Below are positions 9,951 through 19,110 of a DNA stretch of 64,000 nt, piece after piece. This DNA is from an uncultured bacterium (lineage in GTDB: Bacteria; Zixibacteria; MSB-5A5; CAIYYT01), in NCBI GenBank assembly GCA_963726455.1, contig CAVSCK010000005.1, positions 32,001-96,000 of the forward strand, given 5' to 3'. Each line of letters begins with the position of its first letter. Within the stretch, counting starts at the first letter, position 1. The notes under the pieces were generated by a model. That model had not been told where the DNA came from and made no database searches. It saw only the letters and a list, made by a program, of their open reading frames with translations. Made by a program: the position numbers and the translations under genes.

Positions 9951-11984
9951 CTAATTTCCCCCGGATTGTCCCGAGACGAAGAAGTATACACGCACCATCT
10001 GACTCGACTTGAGCGTGACTTCCGGCTCTTGTGCATCATTGCGCAAGTCATCGACCTGAACGCTGTCGACATGGAGATTTTGACTTCGATCAAAAGAGAT
10101 CTGGTATTTGCCGGGGATAAGCATCATCGTTCCTTGCGTAGAAACGTAATCGGTTTGTGAACTGTTCAGGCGGATCTTCCGATCTATCGGCTCTCCATTA
10201 GTGTCGATAATGGCTACCCCGAGTCTAGCGTTGCTTGGGGCGATATACATATTGCTCAGATCTACCGTCGTGTCCATGTCACGGGAGGTCACAGAAACAG
10301 TCACTTCGGTGATCGGATACTTCGGATGAAGGACCTTGTAGTGGTAGACTCCCTCGGGAACTGATGCATTCATCCGTCCTAAGTACTGATTGCCGGTCGT
10401 GTCATAGATGATTCCTGTCTGCGGAAGCACCCGCAACCTCATTGCGTACTTCGTAACAGGCGGCAAGCTGGCTTCCGGCTGGGGTGCCAATTCGAACCGG
10501 GCCAGGACTGAGGCCGAAACACCATCGGAATTGCTAGCGGTGAGTGTAACGCCACCCGGACCGCGCCAGGTTGGACTTGATGTCACGGTGGCGATTCGTC
10601 CGTTGAGCTTGACTCTAAGTCCTTCCGAAACCTTCGTCGTCCAGGTGATCGTGCTATCGCCGATAGATGGTTCCTCGATGAGTGAAGCGAGATGAATGAC
10701 TTGCTCTGCGCCCGCTCTAAACTGGTAGGTAGGTAAAGGAGAGAGCCTCAGCTCGCGGGGCTTGCATGCAAAGGTCGCCGAAGCCGAATCGCGTGTACCG
10801 TCCTGCTGCTCCGCCACCAACCAAATAGACACCCTGCCAGTCCATGAGGAGGACGGCTTTCTGAACGTCGCCGTCCCGTTTCCTGCAATCTCAACGCTCA
10901 ATTCGTGGCTGCCAGAAGAGCTCCAGTGCTTCACGAAAATCGCTTGATTGGGAGGCAGTAAAGCCCCAAGTTCAATCGGGACGAACGGCTGTCCTTTGTT
11001 GACCTCTTGCGACGGTACTGAGAATGCAAGGTGTCGATGGGGTCTTGGCCAGAGGACCAACGCCGAAACAAGAGCCGACACCAACAGTACGGCAGCTCCA
11101 ATTCGCAGCCAGCGATTCGTCGTGTGGCGTTTTCTGAACCGCTCGGTCTCTCCGGCACCGAGACTCATGGAATCGATTCGTTCGATAGCATCGCGCATTT
11201 CTTGCGCGCTTCGAAAACGACTGCCCGGCTTCTTGGCAATGGCCTTGAGAATCACCTCCTCCAGCTCCGGCGAGACATTGGAGTTCATACTCGTCGGGCG
11301 GGGGGGCTTGCGGCCGCAATGCATCTCCTTCAGAATGTAAGGATTGGTCGACTGAAAGGGGGGCTCACCACAGCAAACTTCGAAGAGCGAGATGCCCAGC
11401 GCGTAGATGTCGCAAAGCCAAAGGTCGCTGACTTCCGTTTCGACGAATTGTTCGGGTGACATGTAGAGTGGGGTACCTACGGCCTGCCCGGTCGCCGTGA
11501 GCTTGACGTCGTGCGTCTGACGGGAGATTCCAAAGTCAATGATCTTGACCTGGCCAAGCTCGTCAACCATGATATTGTCGGGCTTAAGATCGAGGTGGTA
11601 GACGTATTTGGAATGCGCATAGCCGATGCCGTCAAGTACCTGGAGAAACACCTTCTTGACAAGATTCAGATCCAACGAGCCGTCAGCAGCCAGTTTTTCG
11701 GCGAGAGTCTTGCCCTCGACGAACTGCATGGCAATCACCAAGTCATCATCATGCACGAAAAATGTTCTGATCTGACAGATGTTTCTGTGATCGAGTTTGG
11801 AATAGATTTCGGCCTCGCGCAGGAACCTCGCCTTTTGCGCTGGATCCATCAAAACCTTGAGGACGACAACCATGGCCGGTACGTGCACGTTCTTTGCGAG
11901 GAAGACCCTCCCCATGCCCCCGTGGCCGATCTCTCTGATTACTTCGTAGTCACCCAAACGACTTGCGGTCATTGAAGCGATCAC
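9951..11984 (-). CDS. Hanks-type Ser/Thr protein kinase with TM helix and extracytoplasmic Ig-like domains
   Basis: IGHGGMGRVF, VLK, HLDLKPDNIM, DFGIS, GTPLYMSPEQ, DIYALG; TM LRIGAAVLLVSALVSALVLW. Confidence 0.95.
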   Translation of the reverse strand: MIASMTASRLGDYEVIREIGHGGMGRVFLAKNVHVPAMVVVLKVLMDPAQKARFLREAEIYSKLDHRNICQIRTFFVHDDDLVIAMQFVEGKTLAEKLAADGSLDLNLVKKVFLQVLDGIGYAHSKYVYHLDLKPDNIMVDELGQVKIIDFGISRQTHDVKLTATGQAVGTPLYMSPEQFVETEVSDLWLCDIYALGISLFEVCCGEPPFQSTNPYILKEMHCGRKPPRPTSMNSNVSPELEEVILKAIAKKPGSRFRSAQEMRDAIERIDSMSLGAGETERFRKRHTTNRWLRIGAAVLLVSALVSALVLWPRPHRHLAFSVPSQEVNKGQPFVPIELGALLPPNQAIFVKHWSSSGSHELSVEIAGNGTATFRKPSSSWTGRVSIWLVAEQQDGTRDSASATFACKPRELRLSPLPTYQFRAGAEQVIHLASLIEEPSIGDSTITWTTKVSEGLRVKLNGRIATVTSSPTWRGPGGVTLTASNSDGVSASVLARFELAPQPEASLPPVTKYAMRLRVLPQTGIIYDTTGNQYLGRMNASVPEGVYHYKVLHPKYPITEVTVSVTSRDMDTTVDLSNMYIAPSNARLGVAIIDTNGEPIDRKIRLNSSQTDYVSTQGTMMLIPGKYQISFDRSQNLHVDSVQVDDLRNDAQEPEVTLKSSQMVRVYFFVSGQSGGN

Positions 11985-12781
11985 ACTCCGCGAAAATCGG
12001 GCGGACTAATGAGATTGCCCGCACCATATCTTGAGTTACTGGCTGCTGATTGCCGCTGAAATATGGCAAGAGCAATCAAGTTGTCAAGCGGATTCTACCG
12101 GAGTCGGGCTATGGTGTAATATCCCAATTCGTGTGTAGAAGCAACAGTGAATCGCTCTCACACCTTCAAAGGGAGCCAACAATCGGGGATAAATTAGTTA
12201 GCTACGGCGCAGCATTCAGCAGGAACAATCTGCTATTCCCGGTCTTGAAACACAGCCTCCTCTAACATCTATCCAGCAAGACGGGCTGAAATAGAAGAGA
12301 ATGTTGAACAAATTGAGATAAGGGAGACTCGTCGGTATCATCCCTCAGCAACTATCATGTCTTAGAGTTAAGATGTTAAGAGAACCCTTGCTCTGGAGGC
12401 CAGAACAAATGCCGGACGTGGCAACCGGGCGGCATCGATGAGAGATTCAATCAGAGGCCTAAGCTGGCGACTCGCTACCAGAGACATGTCAATTCGAAAC
12501 TTCAAAAGGACCGTCTTCCCGCAAAGCTGACTCAGAGATTCCCGTCGAAGCAAGAGATCGAGAATGAGTAGATCACAATCGGGGGAGATTAGGATTCCCG
12601 GAGTGTAATTCCATCCGATGTTTCCGGTAGTTCAGGATGCGTGACGCTTCCTTACTTCGGAGATGGTATGGGTATTCAACCTATTGAGTCAGCCTGTGCT
12701 GACATATGTTCTGGTGAGACTACGTTGGTATGTTCTTGGTTCAAATGTAAAGGGCGAACTCTAGGCGCGGAAATTCGGCTG

Positions 12782-12945
12782 GTTGTCCCTGATTGTACCA
12801 AATTGTCCTCATATTGTCCCTGAAGTACAATTTAGGTTGCAAGACACTCTAGGTATCTAACTGAACCAGAGTCGCTGACTTACGGCGGATGTATGGCCGC
12901 GTTTCAGAGCTAGACCGCCTCTTACTGCACTCTTCGGAGTGTTTG
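12782..12945. repeat. non-coding element copy A (phased TTGTCC arm + TAACT-N15-ACTTA core)
   Basis: Aligns without gaps to the copy starting at 21529; 37/49 identities in the first block by hand count; shared TCTAACTG, ACTTACGGCG, TTTC.GAGCTA. Confidence 0.75.
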
Positions 12946-13079
12946 CCGGTCTGCTTCGATAAAGCAGGACACACTCATTATAGGGTGGCGTGCGGCGACG
13001 CCGGCCATCTTTCGGAATATTACACAAAGACCGGGAGACGCTCCTGCGACTCCTGGCGTAACTCTCGATTCAAATGAGG

Positions 13080-13286
13080 TTACTTACACAAAGCACACGG
13101 CTGCGGTCCACCACCGAAGTTGTACTGAATCAGATATACGGCATCAGAAATATCCACCGCCTGATCGCAGTCTGCATCCCCGGCAGTAACTGGTTGCGGA
13201 GCGGGTCCCCCTGAGAAGATGTACTGGATCAGGTAGATAGCATCAGAGATGTCGACACTGCCGCTCTTGCTAACTCGCCTGCAGAC
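13080..13286 (-). pseudogene. orphan dockerin-like domain remnant
   Basis: Reads [68 protein letters not shown]; begins 2 nt after the stop of the upstream gene, out of frame, with no start codon. Confidence 0.8.
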
Positions 13287-13288
13287 GG

Positions 13289-16200
13289 TTAGTCTTTGAC
13301 ACAGCGGACCGAGAAACCATAGAACTTTCTGCTATCGTAATGACCAACTTCCGGAAAATCGAAACTTATGCTCTGGTACCAAGCGTAGTTGCTGTTGATT
13401 ATTGTGGAAGACCAGAAGCAAGCATAGTTACCCAAATCGCCGAAGACCGCGTAATTGCTGCCGCGATAGCCGCCCGGCAAGGCGGTAAATCCGCTTTCAT
13501 TAGTGCCCGAGTTGGGGGGAAGCCAATGTGCGGTTCCGGTCTCTTTCATCTTCCAACCGGCAACTGCATCTCCTCCGAGATAGTCGACCAATGTCTGAAA
13601 TTCAGCGTCACTTGCCACATGCCAGCCAGCCGGCGCCAGATTGCGGCTATCTGCTACTGCATACCAGTTATATAATCTGCCGTATGTAACACCGTTACTT
13701 GCATCATTGTTATATTCGCAATAGGCTCCGGTCGTAAGACCAGCCCATGTGACGCCATCGGTTACATTGGGAATCGCATCGCCGTTGCGGTAGTGGGTCA
13801 CTTTCAGGTTTTCGGCCATCCACACCTGGGAACCAATGGTCACGGTCTGGTAGACATTGCCGTCAATGTCGGTCACTGACAAGCAATCTGGTTTAGGTCC
13901 ACCAGCAAAGATGTAGGAGATCAGGTATACGGCATCAGAGATGTCGATATTACCGCTGCAATCGGCGTCGCCGGAAAGCTCCGGATTCGGCGCCGGACCG
14001 CCCGCGAAGATGTAAGCAATCAAATGGACGACGTCGGAGATGTCGACGCTGCTATCACCATTGGCATCGCCACAGATATAGTCACAGGCATCGCCTATGC
14101 CGTCACCGTCCGTATCACTCTGGATCGGATTGTGAACGGTTGGGCAATTGTCACAGGCGTCACCGATGCCGTCGCTGTCTGAATCAAGCTGGTCGGGATT
14201 GGCGATCGTTGGGCAGTTGTCCGATTCATCCAGGATGCCGTCACCATCACGGTCCGCAAGAAATTTGGTCACAAAGACGTCCTTGCCGCCATTTTTCGTC
14301 ACCTGATAGGCGTTCTGGACAGGGAAGTTGGTCGAGTTGGTCCAGCCGGCTACATAGGCGTTTCTGCTGCCGTCGATTGCTATGCCAGCTCCTTCGTCAG
14401 CGCTGCTTCCCCCGAGATAGGTACTATACAGAAGGACATCTGCCGGAACCGGTGAGCTTGGTCAGGAATATATCACTGGCACCACCACCGAAGGTCGCCT
14501 GATAGGCGTCGTGTATCGGGAAGTTCGCAGAACTGGTGAAGCCGGACACATAGGCGGATCCGGTAAAATCGACCAGGATATCGCAGCCTTGCTCACTGCC
14601 GGTTCCCCCCAAATAAGTACTATACTCAAGATCGGTGCCAGAGCTGCCGAGTTTCGCCACGAATGCGTCAGTCGTGCCTCCACCATAGATGACCTGATAG
14701 GCATTCCGGGTAGGGAAGTTGGCTGAATTGGTCTTGCCGCACACGTATGCCCTGCCGCCGCTGTCCACGTCAATGCGCCATCCGGAATCATCAAGATTTC
14801 CGCCGAGGTAGGTGCTGTATACGAGAGCGTTTCCGGAGCTGGTGAGTCTCGGTCACGAAAACATCATTTGCACCACCGCCATAGAGTAGCTTGATAGGCG
14901 TTCTGTGTGGGGAAATTGGCGGAATTAGTATAGCCGGTTACATACGCGTTACCGTCAGAAGCGACAGAGATCCCCCGGCCCCATTCCAGTCCGCTTCCCC
15001 CTAGATAGGTGCTGTAGAGAAGAGCACTGCCGGCGTTGTCGAATTTGGCTACGAAGGCGTCGAACGCGCCACCACCATAGGTAGCCTGAGAGGCGTTATG
15101 AACGGGGAAGTTGACAGAAGATGTGCTGCCGGTTATGTAGACGTTTCCGGTGTCGTCAATCGCGATGTCCGAGCTATAATCTTCGAGCACTTCCCCCCAG
15201 GTAGGTGCTGTACAGAATGGTGTCGCCGGAGTTGCTGAGCTTGGTCACGTAAGCGTCGCATTCACCACCTCCGAAAAGCGACTGATATCCGCCTTGAATC
15301 GGGAAATCGGCGGAGAAGGTCTCACCGGTTACATACGCGCAACCGTCATTATCGACTGCGATGCCCCAGCCGAAGTCCTCCATGCTTCCACCAAGATATG
15401 TGCTGTACACCAGGCCATTCCCGGAGCTGTTGAGCTTGGTCACGTAAGCATCAAAGTAACCGCCACCGTATGAAGGCTGATAGGCGTTATAGGTGGGGAA
15501 ATCGGCGGACATGGTGGTGCCGGCAATGTATGCGTTGCCATTGTTGTCGACGGTAATCCATCCGCCATAATCGTCACCACTTCCCCCAAGATAGGTGCTA
15601 TAACTCAACACGGGATCTATCACCACCGCATATTGCGGTAAGTACTCTTCATCCAGCCTAAACCCGAACACGTTCCCCTCGCGAAGAAGATATTCTGCCC
15701 CAACTTCCTTGCGTTCGCCGTCGACGTACTGATACACCCTTGGAACCTGTTCGGTAACTCTTCCCCATTCTGTTTCGACCACCAACTGCCCGGCATCATC
15801 CACACACACATTCTCAGCACCGTCATAGCGAATCGCAATCTGCGACAGGTCAGCGCCGGCTTCGATCATGAAATCATATTCCAGCCTGCCATCGCCGCTG
15901 CTATAGTACTTGAGGTCGATGCTCGGATAGATATCTTCATACACGACAGCATTGAAATTGGGGACATCGGTGCGCCAATTGGTTGGGTCAATGCCGATAA
16001 AGTAATTGCATCTGTAGTCGATCAATCCAGCGCCGATAATCTGTGATTTGGGATTCGCACCGACCAACGTGGCGGAAATGGCCATCGTGATTACCGAATC
16101 GTCGCCTCGCGGGAGCAGTCCCGTTTGGTTCGCCATACCCCAGTCGTACCGGCGGTCAGGCGAAGTCGTCCCGGCGGGTATTCGCCGCCCGAACTGATAG

Positions 16201-16412
16201 TAGATCCCATTTTCAGTGAACCACGCCGTAAACCCACCAGCACGCACGCGAAACGATATCGATTCATCCCATTGTCCTTGATTCTGAGTGAATGATAAGG
16301 GTATCTGAGTCATTCTGGGCACGACCTTCGTGCTGCCTGTCGCCATGCACACTTGCAGGCAAACACACAATATCAGAAACCCTGCCACTAACAATCGTCT
16401 TTTCATTGTCAT
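13289..16412 (-). pseudogene. SBBP beta-propeller + TSP3 repeats + dockerin-like + FISUMP domain protein, split by ~4 frameshifts (possibly sequencing errors)
   Basis: Fragments 15174-16412, 14864-15190, 14424-14768 and 13289-14302 join into YSTYLGGS repeats when single bases are removed near 15190, 14885, 14851 and 14441; [11 protein letters not shown] repeats; C-terminal [22 protein letters not shown]...YGRLYNW...GFSVRCVKD. Confidence 0.85.
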
Positions 16413-16654
16413 CTCCCTCGGGTACGAGCGTTTTCTTCGCGCAAGCGGTTTGTCTTATTCAAACATGGACGCGACCATCGCCAATTTGTTCGATGCTTTT
16501 TGCCGGGGGCCGGCCACCTCGCATCTGGCCCACACCCATCCCGTCCGCATCCACTGCAGCGACACGAACTTCGACAGACTGCGACCCAACTTTCATTCTG
16601 TTCATGAAAGCAATATGCGTCCAAAGTCATCCTCTATGCTCTGTCGCCATTCGG

Positions 16655-18304
16655 TCACCTGCAACTCGCGCACGGAGCCGGTCCGCCGGCAAAAATGTAC
16701 TGTATCAGATATACGACGTCGGATATATCGACTGAGCCGTCGCAGTTGGCGTCACCCGCTGACAATGGCGTGGGCGAAGGTCCGCCACTGAAAATATATC
16801 CAATCAACGCAACTGCATCCGAAATGTCGATCGCGTCATCCCCATTGGCATCGCCGCACAAAGGACTCACTGGATCGGTAATCGTCACCGACACTCCCAG
16901 CGTGTCGGTTCTGGGGATCACATAGCCGTCACGAACGGCGACAGTAAAATAGTAAGTTGCTTTCCAAGTCGGAGTGCCCGAGACCGTGCCTTCACTGCCG
17001 CCCGTGAAAACGCATCCATAAGGAAGATCGCCGCCAACGAGGGACCACGTATAGGGAGCAGTCCCGCCTGCGACCTTGAACTTGTACGAATAGGGTCTGT
17101 GGAGGTAGCCTTCGGGCAATGTCTGGTCATGAATGTGCACGAACCCGTCACACCAATCGCCGACTCCATTTTCGTCTTCGTCCCATTGGTCGGGGTTATA
17201 GACCGAGGGGCAGTTATCACATACGTCCCCTACGCTGTCGGCGTCGCCGTCCTCCTGAGACGGATTAGACACCATTGGGCAGTTGTCAACTTCATTCTGG
17301 AGACCATCGCCATCGATGTCCGGGTCACAGAGATCACCCAGGCCGTCCAGATCGATGTCCGATTGATCGGGATTGAATGTAACCAAGCAGTTGTCACAGA
17401 CATCTCCGATGGAATCGCCATCGATATCTTCCTGCAGCGGGTTACTCACCGAAGGACAGTTGTCCAAGTAGTCGACGAGACCGTCCTCATCGGTGTCAGC
17501 GTGATAGATGTCGCATACGAAAGTAACGCTGTCGATATCATACATCGGCACGGCCAATTCCAGGCGATCACGATTGTAGAAAATACCCGAGGGTCCACGA
17601 TGACCACTCGAGAATTCCAGCGGCGGATTGGTGAAAGTACTGTCATATCGATAGACTTTGCCTTGTGTTGAGCAACTTATGTAGGTGTTACCGAACTGAT
17701 CGGCCGTGATGCCGTCGGCCATTCCCATAGGCGTGACAACTACTGTCGAGACCGCACCATCAGGCAAAGAAACCGCCAATATCGGCGCCTGGCCCGCATA
17801 CGAAACGACTAACAGCCTGTTGTTCTTCGCGTCGAAGATCAACGTCTGAGGGTAAAGCGGCAAACCGGCGGACACAAAAAGAGAACATGACAGATCACTT
17901 AATTGGATTCGGAAAACTCCCCTGAGCACTGCGTCTACTGTGTAGAGGAATCCCGACGTATCGGTGGTGACACCATCGCACTGTCTTGCCCCGGGGATGC
18001 TCGCCTCCCAGAGAAATTCAGCATTAGCGAGATTGTACGCATTGATGCTCCTCATGCGAGACACATAGAAGACTGTATCCCTGATATGGTTGCCCCACGC
18101 ACTACCGAGCCCGCCCAGATATATCGACTGGTTGCCGAGCGTGTCCATGGCTATGACCCTGCCATTGTTGAGACTGGAGACCAGGTACCGGCATCGCGCC
18201 GAGTCCCAGCTAACTGCTTCGGGACCGTCAAAATAGTTAACTGCCGGCAACGCTGATGAGAGCAGCAGTATGATGGCCGCTACTAATCCTAAGCATTTGA
18301 ACAT
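16655..18304 (-). CDS. SMP-30/gluconolactonase-like beta-propeller + TSP3 repeats + putative Ig domain + dockerin-like domain
   Basis: Signal peptide; DGPEAVSWD, DGVTTD, ADGITAD; DNCPxxxNPxQxD repeats; GGTAPYTWSLVGGDLP; C-terminal CGDANGDDAIDISDAV...[29 protein letters not shown]. Confidence 0.9.
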   Translation of the reverse strand: MFKCLGLVAAIILLLSSALPAVNYFDGPEAVSWDSARCRYLVSSLNNGRVIAMDTLGNQSIYLGGLGSAWGNHIRDTVFYVSRMRSINAYNLANAEFLWEASIPGARQCDGVTTDTSGFLYTVDAVLRGVFRIQLSDLSCSLFVSAGLPLYPQTLIFDAKNNRLLVVSYAGQAPILAVSLPDGAVSTVVVTPMGMADGITADQFGNTYISCSTQGKVYRYDSTFTNPPLEFSSGHRGPSGIFYNRDRLELAVPMYDIDSVTFVCDIYHADTDEDGLVDYLDNCPSVSNPLQEDIDGDSIGDVCDNCLVTFNPDQSDIDLDGLGDLCDPDIDGDGLQNEVDNCPMVSNPSQEDGDADSVGDVCDNCPSVYNPDQWDEDENGVGDWCDGFVHIHDQTLPEGYLHRPYSYKFKVAGGTAPYTWSLVGGDLPYGCVFTGGSEGTVSGTPTWKATYYFTVAVRDGYVIPRTDTLGVSVTITDPVSPLCGDANGDDAIDISDAVALIGYIFSGGPSPTPLSAGDANCDGSVDISDVVYLIQYIFAGGPAPCASCR

Positions 18305-18564
18305 GATTCCACCTTCCGCGTCATTGAAGTGTTGAGTTGCGTGGCCGTACAGTAAACCTCTCGGCGACCAACGGCGATCTCAAGATCAATGTTGATCCAG
18401 AGAGCCAATTCTTACATACCTGCAGAAGGACCCTGGGGACGTCGGGAAGATCAGGATGCGCAGATCGCATCGGCAAGAGACCGGTTGAGTATTCGAGTTG
18501 TTTTTCGGTCTGATAACCCTATCTTAATCGCTGACTTGGAGGGGATCGGCAAACTCAGCTAAAT

Positions 18565-19110
18565 ATGTCAGATGATATCAGCACCATCTACCGTGAGATA
18601 CTTGCGGGCGAACCTGCGGCAGAAGCACGACTTTTTCGTTTCCTGGACGTAAGCTTTCGGATGTTCGTTCGTCATAGAATTGTGAACGCCCAGGATCGTG
18701 AGGAAGTTGTGCAAGATGCCTTGGCGACAATCGCGGCGAAATACATGTCCGTTCAGATCGAAACCAGTTTTGCCGGCTGGGCTCATAAGGTGCTCAGCAA
18801 TAAGATCCTCGATTATTACAAATCCAAGCGGGTCCGGGCAGAAAGACAGGTCGCAATCGAAGTGGCGGAGACATTTCCCGGCAGTCCGGCTGTCCGTCCG
18901 GAATTGAAGAAACGTCTGCTGGCGTGTCTTCGAAAGCTACATGGGGTCAACTGCCTTCACGCACGAGTGCTCAACCTGCACTATCAGGGTTACACAACCG
19001 AGGAGATTTGCAGCAAGCTTTCGATCAGTTCCGGCAACTTGTATGTCATGCTTTCACGAGCGCGAACTCTGCTGCAACTCTGCCTTGAAAAAGGAGATGT
19101 CGAACAGTGA
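18565..19110 (+). CDS. ECF RNA polymerase sigma factor
   Basis: DREEVVQDAL, SFAGWAHKVLSNKILDYY, GYTTEEICSKLSISSGNLYVMLSRAR. Confidence 0.92.
   Translation: MSDDISTIYREILAGEPAAEARLFRFLDVSFRMFVRHRIVNAQDREEVVQDALATIAAKYMSVQIETSFAGWAHKVLSNKILDYYKSKRVRAERQVAIEVAETFPGSPAVRPELKKRLLACLRKLHGVNCLHARVLNLHYQGYTTEEICSKLSISSGNLYVMLSRARTLLQLCLEKGDVEQ

Noticed and set aside
11990-12780. ~800-bp gap with short ORFs (12050-12265, 12368-12553, 12641-12823)
   Set aside because: No RBS or motif support; I could not recognise a tRNA, ncRNA or decayed gene, though one cannot be excluded by eye.
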